This document shows, piece by piece, positions 1 through 10,423 of a stretch of 64,000 nt of DNA. The notes beneath the pieces were generated by a model that saw nothing but the letters and a program-made list of their open reading frames with translations, was not told the origin of the DNA and did no database searches. The stretch is from Mobula hypostoma (Eukaryota), in contig NC_086101.1 of assembly GCF_963921235.1 (NCBI RefSeq), positions 1,736,001-1,800,000 of the forward strand, read 5' to 3'. The translations under genes and the position numbers were made by a program. Position 1 is the stretch's first letter, and every line of letters starts with the position of its first letter.

Positions 1-531
1 TGATGGAGAGAGAGAGAGAGAGAGAGGGAGAGATTTGAGTCTTCAGGTGAGCTGATGCCGTCAATCTTCCTGTTGTCCTCCAAAATCCTTTAGAAGTCAC
101 TGACTGTGACCACAACAAAGGGGACCGTTCTTCTGTGGCAGAATTATCAACTCAGGCGAGGGTCGGACACACGAATAACTCCCCACCAGTCACACCATTT
201 TCACACTGCGAGAGCCACTGATTGATCCTCCAAAACCCACCTTTTCTGTGGGCACAACAAAGCTCATTCAGTGTCCAAAACCATGTGTCTGTAGGTCTAA
301 CAGCTGACCTTCTATTTATCTCTCCATGCTGAATACTGGCTGTCCATCAAGCAGCTCCTCCCTTCTCTCTCTGTAAGAACTGGGAAACTGCTAGTGTCCT
401 TGTAGAAAGTATAAACATGCTGCAGAGAAACCATAAAACCATCTCAAAGCAGTCTTCGCCTCTCTCTCTCTCGTTCTTTCTCTCTCTTTTCAAAAGCACA
501 GTTCATAGGTGTAATTCTGGATCCCATCACA
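1..531 (-). mobile_element. Probable LTR of an LTR retrotransposon, running off the window edge
   Basis: On the minus strand it begins TGTGATGGG at 531, exactly where CR1 RT sequence stops. It is non-coding, with (GA)n tracts and a TATA-like GATAAATA. The other end is outside the window. Confidence 0.45.
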
Positions 532-1485
532 ATTTCTTCTACCAAAGTGTATGATGATACACTTCCCAACACTGTATTCCATCTGCCACTTCTTTGCACA
601 TTCTCCAAATCTGTCTGTCCTTCTGTAACCTCCCTATTTACTCAAAAATACCTGCCCTCCACTTGTCTTCATATCATCTCCAAAGTTTGAAACAAAGCCA
701 TCAATTTCACCATCCAAATCATTGACATATAACGTAAAAACAATCGGTCCCTATAAAACACCACTAGTCACCAGCAGCCAACCAGAAAAGGTTCCCTGTA
801 TTCCCACTCTTGTCTCCTGCCTCTCAGCCACTGTTTTATCCATGCTAGAACCTTCCCTGAAATACCGTGGGTTCATAGCTGGTAAAGCAGCTTCATGTGT
901 GGCACCTTGTCAAAAGCCTTCTGAATATCCAAGTACATGACATCAAACAATTCACCTTTGCCTTTTATGCTTGCTATTTCTTCAAAAAATTCCAACAGAT
1001 TTGTCAGGTAAAATTCTCCCTTGAGGAAACCATGGGTGACTACGGCCTATTTATTATGTTCCTCAAAGCATCCCAAAACCACCTCCTGAACAATCGACTC
1101 CAACATCTTCCCAATGACTGAGGTCAGACTAACTGGCCTACAATTTCCATTCTTCTGCTTCTCTCTCTCTTCTTGAAATGTGGAGTGATATTTGCATTTT
1201 TCCAGAACCATTCTAGGATCTAGTTATTCTTGAAAGATCATTACTAATGCCTCCACAAACCCTTCAGCCAGCTCGTAGGCACTTCACAAATTCCCACTCC
1301 CGGAATCCAGCACCAATCTGATTTTCCCAATCTACCTGCATATTGAAATTCCCCATGACTATTGTAACATTTCCTATCTTCCACTGTAATTTCTGGACCT
1401 CATCTTCTGTACCATTTGGGGGTCTATATATAACTCTCATCAGGGTCTTTTAACCCCTGCAGTTCCTTAGCTCTAGCCGCAATGA
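532..1485 (-). mobile_element. CR1 LINE ORF2 fragments with multiple internal deletions
   Basis: The reverse complement matches EN/RT segments of the CR1 at 10424-13153, including regions equivalent to FDKVPH, VTSGV and WQMEY. Confidence 0.8.
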
Positions 1486-1490
1486 TACGT

Positions 1491-3143
1491 TAGACCATAA
1501 GTCACGGGAGCAGAATTAGGCTATTTGGCCCAGCAGGGCCGCTCCACTGTTCAATCATGGCTGAATCATTCTGTCCCCTCCTCAGCCTCTCAACCTGGCC
1601 TTCTCCCAGGAGCCTTTCATATTGTCTCCAATCAAGAGCCTCTGAATTTCTACCTTAAATACACCCAACGACCTGCCTACGGTGACAATTTCCACAAATT
1701 TACCATCTTCTGGCTAAAGAAATTTCTTCGCCTCTCTGTTTTAAATGGACACTCCTCTATCCTGTGGCTGTGCCCCCTTGTCCTAAATTCCCCCACTATG
1801 GGCAACATCCTTTCAACATCTACTCTGTCTCGGCCTTTCAACATTCAAAAGGTTTTAATGAGGTCACCCCACATCCTTCTGATATCCAGTGTACACAGAC
1901 TGAGAACAATCAGATTTTCCTTGTCCGATAACCCTTTCGTCCCCAGAATCATCCTTGTGAACCTCCTCTGAACCCACTCCAATTCCAGCACATCCTTTCT
2001 CAGATGAGGAGCCCAAAACTATTCACAATACTCAAGGTGAGGCCTTATGGAGCCTTTTAAAGTGCCTTATAACTTCTCTGTGGATTGACACCTTGTCGTG
2101 GTGGAGAGGCTTGTGTGGTCCTGTGATCCCGAGAGCGATGCCGTCTGGAGCTATGCTCCTGGTAGGGTCACCCATGGCGGTAAGGTCGAGGGTGAGGTCC
2201 CTGACAAAGAACAATAAGACCTCAACGGTGGAACAGGTGGGCGAAGTTACTTCGAACTCAACGGCTGTGAAGGCGGATGAAGGCTGCAACAAATCCATCA
2301 GCTCCAATCGTTGTGGTTTCCATGCTGTTGGAATCAGTTGGTTGATTTGTGAAGTATCGTGTGCTTCTTGGAGTGCAACATCAAGTACACGTTAAACAAA
2401 TACACGCACAGGCGTCTTCACTCTGTGGGCCACTTCTTCAGAACGAAGACCATCATCCTCGACCTCGAGAGATAGCCACGATGATGACGAAAGTGTCTTA
2501 TAAAGCCTCAACATCACACCTCTGCTCTTGTATTCTAGACCTCTGGAAGTAAATGCTAACATGGCATTTGCCTTTCTCACCACCGACTCAGCCTGCAAGT
2601 TAATCTTCAGGGTGATCTGCACAAGGACTCCCAAGTCCCTTTGCATCTCAGATTTTTGGATTGTGTCCCCGTTTAGAAAACAGTCTGCACATTTATTTCT
2701 ACTACCAAAGTGTATGACCATGCATATTCCAACATAGAACTTCATTTGCCATTTCTTGTCCATTCTCCTAATCTGTCTAATTCCTTCAGCAGCCAGCTTG
2801 TTTCTGCAACACTACCTGCCCCTCCGGCAATCTTTGTATCATCTGCAAACTCAGCAAAAAAGCCATCTATTTCATCATCTAAATCATTTATATACAGCAT
2901 AAAAAGAAGTGGTTCCAACACTAACCCCTGCAGAACACCACTAGTCACTGGCAGTCTGCCAGAAAAGGATCCTTTTATTCCCACATGCTGCCTCCTACCT
3001 ATCAGCCAATGCTCTAACCATGTCAGTAACTTTCCTGTAATGCCATGGGCTCTCAATTTGGCAAGCAGCCTCATGTGTGGCACCTTACCAAAGGCCATCT
3101 GAAAATCCAAATATACAAAATCCACTGCATCCCCTTTATCTAT
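1491..3143 (-). mobile_element. CR1 LINE 3' half (RT, 3'UTR and CTTATGGT-type tail), interrupted at 2073-2489
   Basis: ORFs 2392..2763 and 2742..3230 contain VYLDFQMAFGKVPH, FADDTK and RDLGVLV. Confidence 0.9.
2073..2489 (+). mobile_element. Short non-autonomous RTE-clade element (Bov-A/Rex3-like 5'UTR plus GAT tail)
   Basis: Flanked by a 14-bp duplication, AAAGTGCCTTATAA (2059-2072) and AAAGTGTCTTATAA (2490-2503). The head CACCTTGTCGTGGTGG...TAGGGTCACCCATGGCGG...CTGACAAAG resembles RTE 5'UTRs, and the element ends GATGATGACG. Confidence 0.8.
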
Positions 3144-3481
3144 GGAGGCTACCCAGACGGAATATAAGGTCTTGCTCCTCCAACCTGAGTTGTCCTCTTT
3201 GTGACAGCAGAGGGGGCCATAGATTGACATGTTGGAATGCTAGTGGGAAGTGGAATTAAAATAGGTGGCCACTGTGAGATCCCACTTTTTCTGGTGGACG
3301 GAGCATGAGTGCTTGGCGAAGTGGTCTCCCAATCTGCGTCTAGTCTCCCTGATATACAGGAGGCCGCACCGGGAGCACCGGATACAGTAGATGACGCCAA
3401 CAGACTCACAGGTGATGTGTCACCTCACCTGGAAGGACTGTTTGGGGTCCTGAATGGTAGTGAGAGAGGAGGTGTAGGGGC
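3144..3481 (-). mobile_element. Penelope-like element, GIY-YIG endonuclease fragment
   Basis: Homologous to 49400-49618 and 61323-61700 (segments equivalent to CIRCSRCGLLYI and VATYFNSTS). Confidence 0.8.
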
Positions 3482-5826
3482 AATCATTGACAAACAATGT
3501 GAAAAACAGGGATCCCAATACTGACCCCTGAGGAACACCACTAGTCACCAGAAAAGGCCCCTTTTATTCCCACTCTCTGCCTCCTGCCTGTCAGCCATTC
3601 CCCTGTCCATGCCAGTATCTTTCCTGTAATGCCACAGGATTTTATCTTGTGAAGCAGCCTCATGTGTGGCACCTTATCAACACCTGAAAATCCAAGTAAA
3701 TGACATCCACTGCCTCTCTTTTGTCCACCCTGCTTGTTACTTCCTCAAGGAACTCTAACAGAGTAGCCAGTCAAGATTTCCCTTTACAGAAACTATGTTG
3801 GCTTTGACTTATTTTGTCATTAGTCTCTGAGTACCTCAAAACCTCATCCTTAATAATATACTCCAACACTTTCCCAACCATTGTTCTGTAATTTCCTTAC
3901 TTTTGCCTTTCTCCCTTTTTAAAGACTAGAGTGACATTTGCAATATTCCAGTCCTCCAGAACCATGCCAGAATCAAGTGCTTCTTGAAGATCATGGCCAA
4001 TGCATCCGTTACCTCTTCAGCAACCTCTCTCAGGACTCTGGGATATAGTCCATCTTGCCCAGGAGACTTATCCACCTTAAAACATTTAAGTCTGCCTAGC
4101 ACATATTCCTTTGTAATGGCAATGACACTCACTCCTGCCCCCTGACACTCACGGACCTCTGGAACACTGCTAGTGTCTTCCAGAGTGAAGACTGATGTAA
4201 AGTACCCATTAGTTTCATCTGCCATTTCTTTGATCCTCATTACTACCCCACCAGCATCATTTTCCAGTGCTCCAATATCAGCTCTCACCTCCCTTTTACT
4301 CTTTATATAACTGAAAAAAATCCTTGTGTGGTCCTTAACTTCCCTTGTCAGCCACAGTTTCCTACCCCTGCCAATTGAAAACTTCTTCCTCTGTGGGATA
4401 TTTCTATCCTGCACCTTTCTAACCCAGAAACTTCAGCTATCTCTGATCTGCCATCAACCCCGCCAGTATCATCCTGCCATCCACCTGGACAACTCCTCTC
4501 TCGTGCCTCTGTAATTCCCTTTATTCCATTGCGATACTAATACACCTGACTTGTGCTTCTCCCTCTCAAATTGCAGTATGAATTTACATTAAGCTCCCTA
4601 ATAAGATCTGGGTTTTTTCACAACACCCAGTCTAGGGTAGTCTTTCCCCGAGTAGACTCAAGCACAAACTGCTCTAAAAAGCCATCTCGTAAGCATTCAA
4701 AAACTTCCCTCTCTTGCGATCCAACACCAACCTGATTTTCCCAATCCTCTTGCATATTGCATTTCCCTAATATAATTGTGTCATTACCTTCATTCCATGC
4801 CTTTTCCAGTTCCCTTTGCAATCTCAATGCCACATTTTGGCTACTATTTGGAGGCCTATATATGATTCGCATAATAGTTTTTTTACCCTTGCAGTTTCTT
4901 AATTCCACCCACAAAGATTCAGCATTCTCTGACCCTATGTCACTTCTTACTAAGGAGGTAATTCCATCTCTTACCAATCAAACATCACACACAAAATGCT
5001 GGAGGAACTCAGCAGGCCAGGCAGCATCTATGGAAAAAAGTACGGTCAACATTTCGAGCCAAAACCCTTCGGCAGGACTGGAGAAAAAAAGCTGGGTAGA
5101 TTAGCCTTTGATTTTTCTCCAGTCCTGACAAAGGGCTTTGGCCCAAAATGTCCATAGATGCTACCTGGCCGAGTCCCTCCGGCATTTTGTGTGCTCAGAT
5201 TTCCAGTATCTGCAGTTTTTCTCTTGTTCTTACCAATTGAGCTACAACATCACCAATGTCTTCGTGCCCGTCCTTTTGATACAAAGTATATCTTCATCTA
5301 AAGCTCCCTACGATGGCCTTCTTTCAGTCCACAATGTCATATCGACCAATCTCTAATTGCAACACAAGTACCTCCACCTTATTAGGAGCTTACAGAAATA
5401 GAGGACTATGGGTAACCCTTGGCAATTTCTATAGTAAGGACATGTTTGGCACAGCATTGTGGGCCGAAGGGCCTGTATTGTGCTGTAGGGTTGCTGTGTT
5501 TCTCTGTTTTATTACAAATGCTATACACATTTAAGTACAGCACCTTCAGTCCTGCATTCTTCGCCCTTTTGAATGTTGCCTCTGTGGTACAAATTAACTC
5601 TCTGCTCTGTCTGCATTTGTACCCAGTCAATGGCTTGTCCTTCCTTACATTCATGTTACACCCATCATCTGCTTGTAAACCTGCTGGCTCATCCTCAGCT
5701 CTATCATTCTGGTTCCAATTCCCCTGCCATATTAGTTTAAACCACTCCCAACAGCTCCAGTAAATCTGCCTGCAAGAATATTGATTCCCCTCAGATTTAA
5801 GTGCAACCATTCCCTTTTGTACAAGT
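3482..5826 (-). mobile_element. CR1 LINE (end of ORF1, APE endonuclease, tether, partial RT) with nested insertions
   Basis: ORF 4618..4977 contains ESLWVELRN and IYRPPNSS. ORF 3926..4414 contains DKSPGQDGLYPRVL. Confidence 0.85.
4979..5227. mobile_element. Penelope-type terminal-repeat insertion with an inverted pair of degenerate hammerhead motifs
   Basis: 10-bp duplication TCTTACCAAT at 4969-4978 and 5228-5237. It has inverted arms (ACACAAAATGCTGGAGG...CCTCCGGCATTTTGTGT) and decayed CTGAnnA-AGGG...CCC-GAAA motifs on both strands. Confidence 0.75.
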
Positions 5827-5835
5827 CCTCCTCAC

Positions 5836-8800
5836 ACGCAACATCTATCCTCCTTAAACACATCTATCCTCCTTATACACAAAATCTGTCCTCCTTACAC
5901 ACAACATCTATCCTCCTTAAACACAACATCTGTCCTCCTTACACACATCTATCCACCTTAAACACAACATCTGTCCTCCTTATACACAACATCTGTCCTC
6001 CTTACACACAACATCTATCCACCTTAAACACAACATCTGTCCTCCTTATACACAACATCTGTCCTCCTTACACACAACATCTATCCACCTTAAACACAAC
6101 ATCTGTCCTCCTTATACACAACATCTGTCCTCCTTACACACATCTATCCACCTTAAACACAACATCTGTCCTCCTTATACACAACATCTGTCCTCCTTAC
6201 ACACAACATCTATCCACCTTAAACACAACATCTGTCCTCCTTATACACAACATCTGTCCTCCTTACACACAACATCTGTCCTCCTTACACACATCTATCC
6301 ACCTTAAACACAACATCTGTCCTCCTTATACACAACATCTGTCCTCCTTACACACAACATCTATCCACCTTAAACACAACATCTGTCCTCCTTACACACA
6401 TCTATCCTCCTTACACACAACATCTGTCCTCCTTACACACATCTGTCCTCCTTACACATATCTATCCTCCTTATACACAACATCTGTCCTCCTTAAACAC
6501 ATCTATCCTCCTTACACACAACATCTGTCCTCTTTACACACATCTGTCCTCCTTACACACAACATCTGTCCTCCTTACACACATCTGTCCTCCGTAAACA
6601 CATCTATCCTCCTTACACACAACATCTGTCCTCCTTACACACATCTGTCCTCCTTACACACATCTATCCTCCTTATACACAACATCTGTTCTCCTTACAC
6701 ACATCTGTCCTCCTTACACACATCTATCCTCCTTATACACAACATCTGTCCTCCTTACACCAATCTGTCCTCCTTACACACAACATCTGTCCTCCTTGCA
6801 CACATCTGTCCTCCTTACACACAACATCTGTCCTCCTTAAACACATCTGTCCTCCTTACACACAACATCTGTCCTCCTTACACACAATATCTGTCTTCCT
6901 TACACACAACATCTATCCTCCTTACACACATCTGTCCTCCTTACACACAACATCTATCCTCCTTAAATACAACATCTGTCCTCCTTACACACAACATCTG
7001 TCCTCCTTAAACACATCTATCCTCCTTACACACAACATCTGTCCTCCTTACACACATCTGTCCTCCTTACACACATCTATCCTCCTTATACACAACATCT
7101 GTTCTCCTTACACACATCTGTCCTCCTTACACACATCTATCCTCCTTATACACAACATCTGTCCTCCTTACACCAATCTGTCCTCCTTACACACAACATC
7201 TGTCCTCCTTACACACATCTGTCCTCCTTACACACAACATCTGTCCTCCTTAAACACATCTGTCCTCCTTACACACAACATCTGTCCTCCTTACACACAA
7301 TATGTGTCCTCCTTACACACAACATCTATCCTCCTTACACACATCTGTCCTCCTTACACACAACATCTATCCTCCTTAAATACAACATCTGTCCTCCTTA
7401 CACACAACATCTGTCCTCCTTACACACATCTGTCCCCCTTACACACATCTATCCTCCTTACACACATCTGTCCTCCTTACACACATCTGTCCTCCTTAAA
7501 CACAACATCTATCCTCCTTACACACATCTGTCCTCCTTACACACATCTATCTTCCTTACACACAACATCTGTCCTCCTTACACACATCTGTCCTCCTTAA
7601 ACACAACATCTGTCCTCCTTACACACATCTGTCCTCCTTACACACAACATCTGTCCTCCTTACACACAACATCTGTCCTCCTTACACACAACAACTGTCC
7701 TCCTTAAACACAACATCTATCCTCCTTACACACATCGGTCCTCCTTACACACAACATCTGTCCTCCTTAAATACATCTGTCCTCCTTACACACAACATCT
7801 GTCCTCCTTACACACATCTGTCCTCCTTACACGCAACATCTGTCCTCCTTACACACTACATCTGTCCCCCTTACACACAACATCTGTCCTTACACACATC
7901 TGTCCTCCTTAAATACAACATCTGTCCTCCTTACACACATCTGTCCTCCTTACACACAACATCTGTCCTCCTTACACACATCTGTCCTCCTTACACACAA
8001 CATCTATCCTCCTTACACACATCTCTCCTCCTTACACACATCTGTCCTCCTTACACACATCTCTCCTCCTTACACACAACATCTGTCCTCCTTACACATA
8101 TCTATCCTCCTTACACACAACATCTGTCCTCCTTACACACTACATCTGTCCTCCTTACACACAGCATCTGTCCTCCTTACACACATCTGTCCTCCTTACA
8201 CACATCTGTCCTCCTTACACACTACATCTGTCCTCCTTACACACATCTGTCCTCCTTACAACATCTATCCTCCTTACACACATCTGTCCTTCTTACACAC
8301 AACATCTGTCCTCCTTACACACATCTGTCCTCCTTAAACACATCTGTCCTCCTTACACACAACATCTGTCCTCCTTACACACAACATCTGTCCTCCTTAC
8401 ACACTACATCTGTCCTCCTTACACACATCTGTCCTCCTTACAACATCTATCCTTCTTACACACATCTGTCCTCCTTACACACAACATCTGTCCTCCTTAC
8501 GCACATCTGTCCTCCTTACACACAGCATCTATCCTCCTTACACACAGCATCTATTCTCCTTACACACAACATCTGTCCTCCTTACACACAGCATCTGTCC
8601 TCCTTACACACATCTGTCCTCCTTACACACATCTGTCCTCCTTACACACTACATCTGTCCTCCTTAAACACAACATCTGTCCTCCTTACACACATCTGTC
8701 TTCCTTACACACATCTGTCCTCCTTACACACATCTGTCCTCCTTACACACTACATCTGTCCTCCTTACACACATCTGTCCTCCTTACAACATCTATCCTC

Positions 8801-8978
8801 CTTACACACATCTGCCCTCCTTACACACTACATCTGTCCTCCTTACACACATCTGTCCTCCTTACACACTACATCTGTCCTCCTTACACACATCTGTCCT
8901 CCTTACACACAACATCTGTCCTCCTTACACACATCTGTCCTCCTTACACACAACATCTGTCCCCCTTACACACATCTG
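5836..8978. repeat. Minisatellite of ~3.1 kb with interspersed 19-bp (CATCTGTCCTCCTTACACA) and 22-bp (+CAA) units
   Basis: Tandem array directly visible in the sequence. Confidence 0.97.
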
Positions 8979-9482
8979 TGTGTTATCAGTTCTTCATTCC
9001 TGACAGTAGTCATTGCTGATTAGTACGAGTGAACAGACAGGCCCATCTGCTACTCATCCTGCCAGTCACATGATTTTGTTAACCCTTTATTCTCAGGCTT
9101 CATTTTCTTTCACTGTCCCCTCCTCTTTGAATGTCAGGTCAACGTTATTTCTCCTCATCTTCCGGAAGGTGATTCGAAGAAGGAGTCTGAGAGTCTGAGT
9201 GGGAGTGCCGAGAAAGACATTTTTGAAAGTTTCGTTATTTTTTTTCTCCAACGGCTTTCTGAGAGGCGGGACTGCGCAGGCGTGTGACGTCGGGCTGTGC
9301 AGTGCGGCAGATTTAAAAGGAACAGAGCCTCATACAGCGGGCAGTGGAGTTTGCAGGCGGCGGAGTGAGCCGGGAGCAGAGTGAAGGCTTAAGGGCTTCG
9401 GCTCAACGGGCTTAGGTGGAAACGGGCGAGGCGAGGAAGGTTTGACATTCATTTTTTGTTGTTATTTGAGGAGAGGGGCATT

Positions 9483-10418
9483 ATGACTGTGAGGGCAGTT
9501 TGCTGTTCTCGGTGTTGGATGTGGAAGGCCCCGGAGTCTCCAAGCCTCCCGGACGTCCACATCTGCGCCAGGTGCGCCGAGATGCAGCTCCTAAGGGACC
9601 GCGTTAGGGAATTGGAGCTGCAGCTCGATGACCTTCGTCTGGTCAGGGAGAGTGAGGAGTTAATAGAGAGGAGTTACAGGCAGGTGGTCACGCCGGGGCC
9701 ACGGGAGGCAGACAAGTGGGTCATGGTTAGGAGGGAGAAGGGGAAGAGTCAGGTAACAGAGAGTACCCCGGTGGCTGTGCCCCTTAACAACAGGTACTCC
9801 TGTTTGAGTACTGTTGGGGGGGACAGCTTACCCGGGGGAAGCGACAGTGGCCGTGCCTCCGGCACAGAGTCTGGCCCTGTAGCTCAGAAGGGTAGGGCAA
9901 GGAAGAGGAGGGCAGTTGTGATAGGGGACTCGATAGTAAGGGGGTCAGATAGGCGATTCTGTGGACACAGTCCAGAGACCCGGATGGTAGTTTGCCTCCC
10001 TGGTGCCAGGGTCCGGGATATTTCTGATCCTGTCCAAGATATCCTGAAGTGGGAGGGTGAGGAGCCAGAGGTCATGGTACATATAGGTACCAATGACATA
10101 GGTAGGAAAAGGGATGAGGTCCTGAAAGGAGAATATAGGGACCTAGGAAGGGAGTTGAGAAAAAGGACCGCAAAGGTAGTAATCTCAGGATTACTGCCTG
10201 TGCCACGCGACAGTGAGAATAGGAATGCGATGAGGTGGAGGATAAATGCGTGGCTGAGGGATTGGAGCAGGGGGCAGGGATTCAAGTTTTTGGATCATTG
10301 GGACCTCTTTTGGCGCAGGCATGATCTGTACAAAAAGGACGGGTTACACTTGAATCCTAGGGGGACCAATATCCTGGCAGGGAGATTAGCAGGGGCTACT
10401 GAGGTGACTTTAAACTAG
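9483..10418 (+). CDS. CR1 ORF1p (Cys-rich zinc finger, coiled coil, SGNH/GDSL esterase-like domain)
   Basis: Motifs CSRC...CARC, a leucine heptad LRDRVRELELQLDDL, VIGDSIV, HIGTND and DGLHLN. ATG at 9483. Confidence 0.93.
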   Translation: MTVRAVCCSRCWMWKAPESPSLPDVHICARCAEMQLLRDRVRELELQLDDLRLVRESEELIERSYRQVVTPGPREADKWVMVRREKGKSQVTESTPVAVPLNNRYSCLSTVGGDSLPGGSDSGRASGTESGPVAQKGRARKRRAVVIGDSIVRGSDRRFCGHSPETRMVVCLPGARVRDISDPVQDILKWEGEEPEVMVHIGTNDIGRKRDEVLKGEYRDLGRELRKRTAKVVISGLLPVPRDSENRNAMRWRINAWLRDWSRGQGFKFLDHWDLFWRRHDLYKKDGLHLNPRGTNILAGRLAGATEVTLN

Positions 10419-10423
10419 AATGG

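Noticed and set aside
5781..7600. 409-aa His/Cys/Thr repeat ORF resembling a zinc-finger or mucin protein
   Set aside because: It is the translation of the 19/22-bp minisatellite, whose unit lengths are not multiples of three.
5836..8978. CRISPR-like array
   Set aside because: The units are contiguous with no unique spacers, there are no cas genes, and the context is eukaryotic.
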